Shown here in pieces: positions 13,215 to 24,421 of a DNA stretch of 64,000 bases. How positions within the stretch are numbered: position 1 is the first letter of the stretch; each line of letters begins with the position of its first letter. Position numbers and translations under genes: made by a program. This stretch comes from Perna viridis. Lineage: Eukaryota. Below the pieces are notes generated by a model. The model worked only from the letters and a program-made list of their open reading frames with translations, had not been told where the DNA came from and did no database searches. The stretch lies in the NCBI GenBank assembly GCA_037379345.1, contig CM074519.1, positions 35,366,103 to 35,430,102 of the forward strand, in the 5' to 3' direction.

Positions 13215-13418
13215 AGAGGACGCTTACCCTACCGGTACACCTGGTCCATGCTCCCACTTTTTAGTGGAGTCCGAGTTGCTCATTTGCTTTTGTTACTTTG
13301 TGTGTATGATTTTAGTCACTTTATGTTCTTTGTTGTGTATGTCTGTTTTCCATGTCTGGTCTTTGTCCCTGGATTACATTTTTTTATTACCTCTATACCC
13401 TTAGTTCCTTTGATTACT
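13215..13418 (+). repeat. Dispersed repeat, copy 4
   Basis: GAGGACGCTTACCCTACCGG...TTCCTTTGATTACT. Confidence 0.9.
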
Positions 13419-13554
13419 GATAGACAAGTAGTGGCATAAAATCAAATCTTTTGTCAATATAATGTAGCTCGACCTGCACAATTAGTGCTGAGATAACCCT
13501 CCCCTGCACCCCTCCAACTCATCGTCTCAAATAAGATTTTCAGGTACCCGTGTA

Positions 13555-13869
13555 CCTCCCATTTACGAATAAATTTGTCGCCTAAAAATATTTGTGTATT
13601 TTGTTGGCCACTTTTTATACCTCATTGAAGCAAAAATCAAAAGTTAGTGTGTTCTTTTTCTTTTCTAATTGTGTTCAAAATGTAGTATTATTTTGTGAAC
13701 TTATCCGAGAATATTCTAATAATATGGTTATGAAAAAAGCTTAAGCGAGCTTGGTACTAAATCATTGTTATTTAGAATTATTATCGTATTTGATATGCTG
13801 TATTCATCCTTTGTTTAATGATAATGTTTGTAATATTCTTTGGCGACAAAATGATTCGTAAATGGGAGG
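13555..13869. mobile_element. MITE/foldback element
   Basis: CCTCCCATTTACGAAT..TTTGTCGCC and GGCGACAAA..ATTCGTAAATGGGAGG inverted repeats flanked by TA; weaker symmetry extends to ~13480-13950; longer paralog at 27942-28746. Confidence 0.65.
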
Positions 13870-14399
13870 TATTAGTGTAATTGAAAATCAGTATAAGGTT
13901 GCATTGGCGAGTGGGAGGGGTACAAGTTTGACCCTCCCAGCTCATTGACTAAATGTATTTAACCGTAGCCTGTGCATTTTTGAGTTAAAAGGCAAGAGAC
14001 CTTTAAATAAATTAATGTTTCTAATTTAACTTTCATTTTCATTGGGTCGATAAAAAGGGTTCTTTCCCATAAATGAACGTAGCAATGACCAAAGACGACA
14101 GAAGATTATGGAAAAAGATGCACCCGATCCTGTTACAGCAAATTCAATTTCAGTCAGATATAATAACCTTTTGTCTAGCTTACAACAGCCTTTAAGTGGA
14201 CATAACATTAGACCAAATCTTTGTTCACTACCTGTCACCCTTCTGAAATTCGACGGAGGAGGTATTGACCCTTTTCCGATCAATACATATTGTCCTTCAT
14301 TACATCTGACGTGGCCAAATTCCATCTTTTTAAACCTGTAAAATCGGAGCTCTTCACAATACGAATCGAAAATGTATCCATATTCCATTTTCCAACAAG

Positions 14400-15125
14400 A
14401 GAATAGATGATATCAACATCAGTAATATTCTTCAAGGTAAAGATGTAGTGTCCAAAATCCCACCATGTTTAAAAAAAATCAATCGGTTCCGTTTACAAAA
14501 AGTAGTAAAATTTTCAACCATAAAAAAGTATTGCAGAATCTATGCATTGAGGAATACTTCAAGTCCCATCTGACATGTAACTGTGCTTCTTCTCTGTTTA
14601 ATAACAGTCCATCTGGTAATGTCATCACTGGTTATATGAATATCATTAAGAATGAACTCCTACGGAAGGTATTTTCTCATAGTCCAAAATTCAGAGAACC
14701 ACAACGCCTAAATTAGAAAATTAATTTAAAAAACCCTAATTGATGTTGTTGAAGATTATGCCAGGTCATGGATAAAGAGAGAAAAGGATCAATGGCTACG
14801 AGTTCTTGTCAGATTGGATACGTACCATCCGATCGTTGGTACGGAATCGCATCGACAAGAAATGTGTCAATAAAAGACCGTATTTTACGATCGTGAGCTC
14901 TTGAATGCATTTTATCGCTACAAGAGAAATATGTTATCGTCCCTGCGGACAAAGCTTCAGACAACATAGTATTTGTTTGTAAAGCCTCAATTGCCTTATT
15001 AAGAAATTGGGCATTGATAGCAACCTCCCAGGTAATGCCACGTACAAAAGTATAACTGGCAAAAAATGAAATCCTAAACAACCATACGTCCTTCATGTCT
15101 TATTTCAACATCGAAACAGAAACTG
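14400..15125 (+). mobile_element. Penelope-like element fragment A
   Basis: SKIFNHKKVLQNL..CNC..GNVITG..SPKFREP and YVIVPADKASDNIVFVCK (ADK motif); frameshifted. Confidence 0.7.
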
Positions 15126-15199
15126 ATTCCTAATTTGATAAATTTAATTGACAAAAATCCAAGACGGGAAAGAGACATGGCCATCGCCACTATACGTCA

Positions 15200-15797
15200 T
15201 CTAAGTAACATGATATCTCCATAGATGGTCTCCTTCCTTTCATACAAAAACCTCTTGGACTTCATCACATTAGAACCAAACTATATTCTATACCTCTCAC
15301 TCTACTACACTCCCTTTACAAAATAAGTCTTGACACACCTGTTTCTGACCCCACCTCATCATTTTACATACTTGTTGCCATCATTTTGGATATTGGTTTC
15401 CACAGACTCTTTACACCAGTTTGTGTGAAAAGTCAAGATGAAGAAAAACGATCATTTCTTCCACTACCATTTGTCAACAAAGGTATAGATGCAGTTAATT
15501 TGGCTAACATCCTCCATCACAAAAACGTCACCACCAAAATTCCCCCGTATTTCAAATACAAATCCATACCAATTATTTCATATTCATATACTTCACCCAT
15601 TGCATCCAAAATTTTCAATTATAAAAGGCTCTTGCAGAACCTCGAGATTGAGGATTCGAGGCTAAACCACCTGACTGTTCTTGCAAAAACTCTCCATTCA
15701 AATATGGTCCTTCTGGTCACGTCATTACGGGAGATTTAACCATCGTCGAAAACGAATCTCTGCGTAATATCCTTTCTAAAGGTCCCAAGTACCGTGA
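15200..15797 (+). mobile_element. Penelope-like element fragment B
   Basis: FVNKGIDAVNLANILH..PIISYSYTSPIASKIFNYK..CSC..GHVITGDL..LSKGPKYR, homologous to fragment A. Confidence 0.7.
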
Positions 15798-16735
15798 CAA
15801 TAAAATTCCTGACAATATTCACATCTTCATGTGGTAATCTAACACCCATTGAGTTTCATAAAAATCTTGCCAGTGGTTTCGGAGGAGTTGTGGGCAACAC
15901 ATCAGTGGCATCAGATCAAGTTGTGCTGAAAAATTCCAAAGTTCCAACCGTCATTATTTCTACAATTTTTGTTCAAACATAAATTCCTGACAGTATGAAC
16001 ATTTCCATATGGTAATTTGACACTCCACTGAGTTTCATAACAATCTTGCAAATCGTTAAGTCGAAGTTTTGCAAAAAAATAATGACTTAGTTCAGCAGCC
16101 ATCATTTCTATATTTTATGTCCAAACATAAATTACTGACAGTGTACACATCTACATGTGGTTATATTACATCCCACATAGTTTCATAACAATTCCACAAG
16201 CTGCTTAGGTCTCACTAACCACTTCTAACGTTTCAATTACTTTACTTGTTAAAAAAGTAATTTTCAGTCTCACTGTGAATTCCCAGGACAAATGACATCT
16301 TAAAGCTGCATACCATTGCGAAGCTTGGAAAATAAGGCTTCCAAAATCATTATGCTAATGGTACGATGATAGTAGAAATTCTTCACAAAATTTACTTCAA
16401 TAAATAATAAAGAAATCCACATTTTTACCTGTTCTGCTAACTGACAGCATGGAGGCAAATTACTCACACATGTAAACAATATTCATACACTTTTGTAGTT
16501 AATTACATATATGATTTTAAAGTACACATTCTCAGCTTTTAATCATAATGCACACAAATAATGCACTTACAATGCATGTGTCTAGGTTCAGTGTGTGTTG
16601 GTACTACATAGGGAGTGGCCATTTGACCCGGAAGTGGTTAGTGAGACCTTAGAAAATAGTTAAGACAGACAGGCCGACGGACAGATGAACAGACGAACTG
16701 ACAGACTGATTGAAATCTGTATAACCCTCAAATTA
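15795..16735. mobile_element. Pearl/HINE-like element (paralog of 3635-4390), interrupted by a MITE
   Basis: Colinear with ~3940-4390. Confidence 0.6.
16208..16648. mobile_element. PIF/Harbinger (Tourist-like) MITE, 441 bp
   Basis: Perfect 18-bp TIR GGTCTCACTAACCACTTC / GAAGTGGTTAGTGAGACC; TTA duplication at 16205-16207 and 16649-16651; single TTA at the empty paralogous site 4284-4286. Confidence 0.9.
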
Positions 16736-17326
16736 CTTACTCAAAGCACTTGTCATTTTAGTAATATAGAAACGTACTTCAAACGTTTAGTATCAAGTCA
16801 TGAAACAAAATTTTATAGAGTGTTATTGTTTTTATTTATTTCTTTAGACAAAAACTTCGATACATTGTATAATGGGATAACGATGAGGTTAAGAAGCTAA
16901 TAAAGCTACAATTAGTTTACCCAAGTTGACAAATATTAGCTAAAAAACAATTTGCAAAGACAAATATGGAACTATACTTAAGCTTAAATTTATCAAATGC
17001 GAAACTCGATTAAAGCATTCAACGTAAAAAGAATTTCTGTAAGTGATATTGTACTTTTACTTTCTATTCATTTTGGTTTTTATTAAAACATTGGTTATCT
17101 AAAATATTTTGTTCATTTCATCTTTCACAACATATAGATTATCTATAAATGTAAATCAACAAAGTATGATGCGCTTATGCATTAATTTAATTTCAATATG
17201 CACACAGAAGATCAATACCATGTCAATAATGAAAACCGTAACTTAAGTGAATAAGTATTACACATGTTCCGCGCGAACTCCAATGATATTACGTGCTCGT
17301 AATAATCCAGACAAACTGTCGCTCCA

Positions 17327-18454
17327 TTATTCCAAATATCGTGACGGGTTGTTCAAGAAATTAAAGATATTTTGGCAAATTATATTCATCACCTCTCTAT
17401 CCTTCGTTTCAAATAAATTTACTCCTGTATGAAAATAAAGTGGCAAGTTTCCCCTTTGAATGAAACGAATCAGTAGTTGGCACATAGATTCAATTCTGTT
17501 TGCGAGTTGGTCTTGTTCCCATTCGTGGTCGTACGGATGATTTTCACATTCCCAAAAAAGAATGTTCTTTAGGTGGTACGATGTGAGTTCTTGTTTCATT
17601 CCGTTCGGGCAAAACAGTTCCCGTAATTTTTTCATTATCCGTTGACTTTTCTTTCGGCATGTCCCATTTATATCAATACGATCCAACAGAATTTTCTCAC
17701 ATGTTACAAATGAAAGTGACCAATAGATAGGATCTTTAGCTACCTCGTGTATCCCCTCGCGTTTTATTTCGTCTATTTTAAGCTGGGTAGGCCATCTAGC
17801 ACTAGATCTTGGCCACCCAAACTCATTTTTGAAGGGTAGATGTCCTTCTATAAGGGGTGCCAAATCAATACTGATTTCTTTCCCTGCAATTCCTGGATGA
17901 CGCAGAGTCAATGTGGCAGCTGGGGATTCTGACAGTCGCTTAGCATCAATATATTGCATTTTTGCCGATGGTCTGTTTACTGCTTCCCCCAATAAAGATT
18001 TGAATCTGCGTTTAACTTTAATCGGTATAATAAAACCATCGATAGTTAAACATCCTGGTCCTTCATTCAGTCTCTGTTTATTCCAGTTTTCCATTTCTCC
18101 GAGGTACGTTAAGTGTTTACCTACTGGCCCTGGTGGCAAAGCATAAGATCTTTTTTCTACATCACGTTTCTGTTCATTATATCCGAAATACGCTGGTTTT
18201 GTTGATGATATCCAATGCAGCCGACCCACATCCAACACTACACTGTAATCGAACTCGTCCGCTCGTTTTACTTTAAGATGTGAATAGTAACTCCCAACAT
18301 TCAGTGGTTGTGTCTTAAAACGTGGATCCCTTTGATGAACATAAGATAGAATATCCTGAACAACTGGCATAACAAAGTCAACATTTTTTCTCGTCTCATC
18401 TTGTGTCATTTTTACTTGGCTCTCATAATAACGATTTAGCATTAGGTTATCCAT
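17327..18454 (-). CDS. cGLR: cGAS-like receptor (Mab-21 family nucleotidyltransferase), intact, single coding exon, 375 aa
   Basis: VGSYYSHLKVKRADEFDYSVVL fits the G-S..[DE]h[DE]h NTase motif; third carboxylate in ISIDLAP; Mab-21 C-lobe WSLSFVTCEKILL, CRKK..RIMKKLR, LTSYHLKNILFW, LPLYF...NLF. The ORF track extends to 18541, but the MDN start at 18454 is shared by all three copies and lies downstream of a TATA element. AATAAA on the minus strand at 17079-17084. Confidence 0.95.
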   Translation of the reverse strand: MDNLMLNRYYESQVKMTQDETRKNVDFVMPVVQDILSYVHQRDPRFKTQPLNVGSYYSHLKVKRADEFDYSVVLDVGRLHWISSTKPAYFGYNEQKRDVEKRSYALPPGPVGKHLTYLGEMENWNKQRLNEGPGCLTIDGFIIPIKVKRRFKSLLGEAVNRPSAKMQYIDAKRLSESPAATLTLRHPGIAGKEISIDLAPLIEGHLPFKNEFGWPRSSARWPTQLKIDEIKREGIHEVAKDPIYWSLSFVTCEKILLDRIDINGTCRKKSQRIMKKLRELFCPNGMKQELTSYHLKNILFWECENHPYDHEWEQDQLANRIESMCQLLIRFIQRGNLPLYFHTGVNLFETKDREVMNIICQNIFNFLNNPSRYLE

Positions 18455-18501
18455 GCTGGTGGCTTTTCCCGTTATGCAATACTGTATCGTTTTAGGCTCC
18501 G

Positions 18502-18566
18502 TATATATATATGTGTGTGTGAATTTTCTGAAAGTTTTCATATTATTTTTAGAAGAGGTGCTTTCC
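18502..18566 (-). promoter_or_regulatory. Putative core promoter of the intact cGLR
   Basis: Minus strand GGAAAGCACC (18557-18566), GAAAATTCAC (18519-18528) and a (TA)n TATA element (18502-18512) about 50 nt before the ATG. Confidence 0.5.
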
Positions 18567-18962
18567 TATTGTGTATTATATTCATTGTCCGACTTCGAAC
18601 ATTCTAGTAACAATTAATGTTTCTTATCAGTTGAAATTCAAGAGTACATTAATATTTTGGGTATATATGAATATTCAAGCACTAAATAATAATACTGTAA
18701 TTTCGATGAGAAGTTCATTAATTACAATTTATTAAATATGTCAAAAGGGAGGTAATACATTTAAGTGATGAAACTCGTTTTCGACATGTATTAATATTCA
18801 AGTTGACATCTAAACCTGCAGTTTAATGTTTAAGAATGTAAAGTAGATTAGTCAATACAACTTGTGTCAATAAATGTCGCTTTTGAAAATGTAGCAAATA
18901 TTTGTGTTCATGAATAGCACGTAATGTAATGCACCAGAACCACGTGACCAGAACCTATAATG

Positions 18963-18985
18963 TTTCTACTTTCACATTCACTTTT
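18963..18985 (-). promoter_or_regulatory. ISRE/IRF-E-like motif upstream of the intact cGLR
   Basis: Minus strand AAAAGTGAATGTGAAAGTAGAAA, positionally conserved with 12132-12159. Confidence 0.4.
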
Positions 18986-21312
18986 GTTTTATAAAGGAAT
19001 TACTCTTTTAATGGAAGTACTCTTTTTCATAAGAAAATGTTTGTTGTGCCTTAGTAAAGCATTTGCTCTCAAGCTAACCAAACAATCGAATATCCTCAGA
19101 AAAAAAAGAATGAGAAAAAAATTAAACGGAAATTCAAAAAAGAAAAATGATATTTGAATTGCTTTGGTGTTTTGGGGGAAAATATGTTGGGGTTTCCAAG
19201 AATGAGAAAAAATTTTCACCAGCAATATAAAATAAAAACTGTGTTTTACTCTCTACTCTAAATATCTTTAACCGTATATTTGAAGGGGGAAATGTTTTAT
19301 ATCTGTCGCGGAAAAAATTAATTGGTAGAAAAATTTTTGTATTTATTTATCATATCAGTTAAAAGATACTTAAGAAATAGTTGTGTGTTACATTTCCTGT
19401 AAAGAAATTTCGACATTTTAACATCAATAAGTCAATCTACCCGGTATAACATTTTGTAAAAAAGATCTGTCTGACACATGTTAGTAGTTTCCAACTAAGT
19501 TTTTGCATGGCCCGACTTCGTTCTTTTAGTAAAACAACAAATGTAGTTTGCAATTATCTTGCTAACCATTTGGAATTTAAACAAACATTATTTCATATGC
19601 CCGACAAATGTTTGTGTACACTTGTGTGAATTCCAGATGGTAAGCAAAATCATTGAAACGTCGAGAGAAATTAAACGTGAGGCCAGTCTTGTATCATAGA
19701 TTTCCCAAAGCGGCTGTAAAAAATGATTTAATTTTCGTAGGAAAAGGGGGGGGGGCATTGTAAAGGTTACAAGCCCAGCTTTTCTTTTCTCTTTCTACCA
19801 ATAATTTTTTTTCGCGAGAGATATAAAACATTTTTTCCCTTCAAATATACGGTTAAAGCTACTTAAAGGTCAGCGCTTTATGAATGAATACTATAAAATA
19901 CTATAAAGTCCGAAGTCCAATTTCATTCATTCTGTATTCAGCAGTTTTCATATAGGCACAATCAAGCCCCAGGCCAATGCAGCTTTGAGTATGATACTCA
20001 ATATAATGACAAGTATGGAGTCGAGTATGAAAAAGATGGACATCGGCATTGATCAAAAGTTTGAATACATAAGACAAGAAATTTTAGCTGTATCAGCAAG
20101 AGTACGGACACTAGAAAGTGCTATTGCGGACTTTCGTGTGAACATTTCTGATTGCGAGTCAAGCTGTCAGGGGGTTAGCAATCTGTTTTCTATAAAACTG
20201 AGAAAAAATATAAAGAATGCTGAATTACAGATTAAAACGAACACTCGTACCTTGATCCATCAAGATACTAGAATTAAAGAGATAGAGAGGTAACCTGTCT
20301 TACAGCCAGTTATACAATATGCCGCTGAGTCTAAAGAAATTAAGAAACTGAAAGCTGATGTTCTTGATCTGAAATGTCGATCAATGAAGTACAACTTGAT
20401 ATTTACAGGTCTGTACCGCAAAAAAGATGAGGACACCGAGTCTTCAATGTGTAGTTTTCTGTATAACGAGCTTGGTATTAAACACCACCTTGAAATTGGG
20501 AACGTGCATCAATTCAAAGCTCCACATGGTGATAGAAGAAGACCTCCCATTGTGGCTAGATTCCTCTATTGGACAGATCTGGAATATGTTCTAAGTTGCG
20601 CCGACATACTTAGAGGTAAACCATATGGTATAAAAGAACAGTTCCCGCAAGAAATTGAACAGAGACGAAAAGATCTGTATCCGGTAATGAAACAGGCAAA
20701 AAGAGGCAATAGGCAAGTTACCATGGTTCGTGACAAGCTCTTTATAGACAATGTATTATATGTCCCAGATGAAGCAGTTAACGATCCAACTGCTGATAGA
20801 CTAAACAATAGCCATGCAAATCATCAGACCTCTCCAAAGGCTCCGTCCGTTACTGATACACCACCAAGCAAACGACAAAGGCATGGACCTTCTCCTCAGC
20901 ATTCAGAGGGAAGAGCTGGACATACCTAGGGAGTCGGTGCAAAGGGACAACCAGATAAAAATGTTCCATAAAAATAAAATTGTAAATAATTATGGTATTG
21001 ATGACCTGAAATGCTTGTTTTTAAATGTTTGTGGCATAAAAAGATTGTTATCACCAGATTTTAATGATTTAGTTTGTAAACATGATATTTGCATTTTTGT
21101 AGAAACAAAATTAACAGACCTAGATATTTTAAACGTACCAGAGGTTTACGAGAATGTCACCAAAAACCGAAAGAAATTCAAAAGAGCATCGGGATGAATA
21201 ATCGTAATTTTCAAAACATTCTTCAATCTAAAATTTTACAAAAATTCTTATATAACATTAGTGGTTGATTTCAATGCGAAAACTGAATCATTATCAGATT
21301 TTGTAATACCTG

Positions 21313-21967
21313 TACTCCTACAACGTAAGAGGTTGGAATTCCGTTCCTCCATACCCCAACCTCTTACTTTCGAGCGCCATATTGCATAACGCTCGTTCCG
21401 CCGTTCCTTGAAATCGGCAGAATTATATTAAACTATTTTACATTTAAAACGTTTTATACAGTTTCTTTACTATTACACGGAGAAGGTGACTAAAGAAAAA
21501 CAATGACCTCCCTGATGAGAAAATCCAGCAATCCTGGAAATCCTTTGTAAAAGCAGTTAAAATGAACTCCATATTTGGTTTTTAGCTTTTTGAGTGTGTA
21601 ATTCCGGTTGATAAAATTACGGATTTTAAAATTTGCAAAACGAACATATCAAATCAACCAACGAATTGCCTTTACCAACTTTAAGTCCGTTTTGTCAAAA
21701 ATATATTGTATTCCGTAAAATTGGTGACCTAATTCAAAATTGCTGGTTATTTTGACAACTGTCTTCATTACAAATGTTTTCTAGGTATTTAACAAATATT
21801 TAGGATTTTTTTTCGTTCTATTTACGGTAGGTTAAACTTTATTTATGTAAATAAAAGACATAAAGTATTTTAAAACACATCTTTAGCGAATTAGTCAGAT
21901 GCTAGATGTTAGGATGGCACCCAGTCAGAAAACAGCTTGCCAGGCAACCTCTAGCATTGCTGGAGTA
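21313..21967. mobile_element. 655-bp MITE with 10-bp target duplication (Mutator-like)
   Basis: Imperfect TIR TACTCCTACAACGTAAGAGGTTG / CAACCTCTAGCATTGCTGGAGTA; GTAATACCTG at both 21303-21312 and 21968-21977; interrupts the LINE endonuclease. Confidence 0.85.
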
Positions 21968-22296
21968 GTAATACCTGTTGAAACTGCTGTTAATATTTTT
22001 AATCTGAATGATGAAGATATACTAGAATACTTCTATGACTGAGAAAGGGTGTCAAAATGCTCCAAATAATTACGGAAATAGACTCTTGGAAATTTGTAAA
22101 AAGAATAATTTATATATTGCTAATTCTAGAGTCGGCTCGGACAGGGGCATCGGTAATAAGACATGCAGAGATTCTAGTGTTGTTGATTATTTAATTCTAT
22201 CTTCTATTTTATTCCCACTTTTTTTGTATTCAGATTGTCAATGTATGATATCTTTCAGTTTTCAAATCGAATCTTTTGGTAGCATTTCCTCAAATA

Positions 22297-22826
22297 TGTG
22301 CCCCGTGCAGGTCCGGGTGTTAAAAGAATAGGCCTACAGCAGCGCTAAGCTTGTCGTAAAAGGCGACTAATAGTGTTCAGTAACCTAGCCGGGGGCTAGG
22401 CGCTCTGCCCACAGAGCAACTGGGATGTGTGCCCCAGGTGGTGGAATGGGGTACCCCTGGCATGTTACATGCTTGGGTTGTCAGGCAATAATACGGAAAA
22501 CCTGACCGCAAACCATAGTGGTGCACCGTGTTGGGAAAGATGTCACGTTCCTCGCTTGTTACAGAACCCTACGGTGGTATTCGAATGGAGTAAGAACCTT
22601 TGCGCTCCGCCACAGGAGGATAAATTGCCCGACCTTACCCATCCCTCCTTTACCTTGTGCCATTCAAAATTTGTCAACCCTTTTATCCTTGTGTCCCATC
22701 CCTTTTTTCATTGCATCATCATCATTTCAAGTTCATTTTATCATCCCTTTCATGTTCATCGCCTGAACATAGCTGAAATATTACTGATCGGGCGTTAAAT
22801 CCCAACAATCAATCAATCAATCAATC
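22297..22826 (+). mobile_element. 5'-truncated SINE with (CAAT)n tail
   Basis: GC-richer insert in the LINE; GCTTGTCGTAAAAGGCGACTAA hairpin core (recalled from Meta/Deu-type bivalve SINEs); tail GCTGAAATATT...GGCGTTAAA..(CAAT)n; possible TCAAATA duplication. Confidence 0.75.
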
Positions 22827-23317
22827 AAATAGTGTAGATAAAAGTATTCTGGATATCGAAGATGGAATACCGAAAGAATGAAGACAAAATCCGTGTTCGG
22901 GAAGATCCGGAAGGATTATGATCAAATACTTTATTAAAACTTGAAGAGCTGTCTATAAATAGCCTTCAACTCAAATAGAATTGGACAACATTGTGTCGGA
23001 TATTGGTAAAAACTTTATAAACACAACAGCCGAAACTTTTGATAAAGTTGTTAAACGTAAACCATTTAATAAACATGAAAATTGTAAACCGTGGTAGAAT
23101 AGAGAATGTGCAAAATCCAGAAAGAAATTTCATAAAGCACGGAAAAAATATAACATTTTGAAAAAACGCTAACAATAGACTCTGAATGAGACAGGCAAGA
23201 ACATAAAGCAACATAAACAAGTATTTGCTGACTTTCAACAAAAAGCAGCTGATGATATTCGCAATATTTCCACAAAAGATCCAAAAGAATTATGGAAAAT
23301 CTTAAATGATAAAATGA

Positions 23318-24421
23318 GGAAGGTGAAACCTTTTAACGCTCCCGAAGAAACATTATTTCAAAGAACCTTTCTGGCTTTTTAATACTAGTTTGTTTACATT
23401 TTCAGAGCTCATATTCCTGGTTGTTTTCTTGTTTGGGTCAGTGATGTTATGAGAAGTGTGCAAAGAGGTAGGAGGAGTCTCTATAGTATAATTTTGGTGA
23501 AAAGTATAAGGAGGTATTATGGGTTCTGAAGTATATTGATCATGGTCAAATTTGGACAATGTACTTTCATTTACAACCTGGGAGTTTGACAGTGGGAATT
23601 CTGTATCACAATGAATATAATCATGGTCAACTAGAAATTTATTGGCAGTATTTAAATTTCGACCATTTTCTTTAGGCTTACTCGAAAATTAAGTATGATT
23701 AGCCATAGTACTATTTCTTATATCAGCATGAGATATTGGCTTTAACGAGAATTCCATGGTTTTAGAGGGTGAAATAAAGCTCGACGGAACTTTTGATGAC
23801 ATTTTTTTCACACAAAACTTAACAAATTGCTCTTACCAAAATATACAGCCACACACTTCAAACAGTTTTAGCGAGGGCAGACGACTAAAATAATTGAGAA
23901 TGCGCATTGGCTTCTGTAGAGCTCGTGCACATTCCCGAATTGTTTAAACCATAAGCAGGTGTTTTGATTTTATTTCTTTAATGATTTTGTTTGTTTGTAT
24001 TATTTGTGTATGTCACCTCGCAGTTATTCCTTTAGCACAAACACCATGTTAATAAACGAACTCAAAAACGGATATACGTTAATATAAGTCTCGATTATTG
24101 GTTCGATTGTCGTTGTCCGAAATGTCTTTGGGTCGTTTTGGCAATAGTACAGAATTATGGGTAATGGTATTTTCGTAAACATTGGAGCGCCTTCTGTTGA
24201 CTGTTTTGACAATCCATATCTTGAAAAAAATATAATATGTTTTGAACTTAATCAAAAATGCTACTGAGACTGGTTATGTTCTCAATCACATTTTTCGAAG
24301 TGTACGAAAATGAAGCTGTCATTATACTGTTTTTAAATTCCTGAGTTTACATGCACAAACCGGATATTGATGCCTTTTCTGCTCATAAGTATACATGACC
24401 CAGTTGATAATACAACCATAA
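23318..24421. mobile_element. 1.1-kb unclassified insertion in LINE ORF2
   Basis: LINE reading ELWKILNDKM resumes at NKMKMDENSLISLETLYEHF; ATAAAATGA on both sides; no TIR seen. Confidence 0.6.

Noticed and set aside
14026-14388. 120-aa minus-strand ORF with CPLKGC
   Set aside because: No recognisable domain and it spans the duplication breakpoint; possibly a transposon relic but unsupported.
17913-18146. Antisense ORFs over coding regions (17913, 30274, 34800, 46798, 54905)
   Set aside because: Shadow ORFs of genuine opposite-strand coding sequence.
17327-18454. Bacterial CBASS CD-NTase operon
   Set aside because: No effector or Cap genes; the Mab-21 C-lobe, spliceosomal neighbour gene and animal transposons indicate a metazoan cGLR.
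18455-18541. 29-aa N-terminal extension of the 404-aa cGLR ORF
   Set aside because: It runs through the (TA)n TATA element, and the MDN start is the one shared by all three copies.
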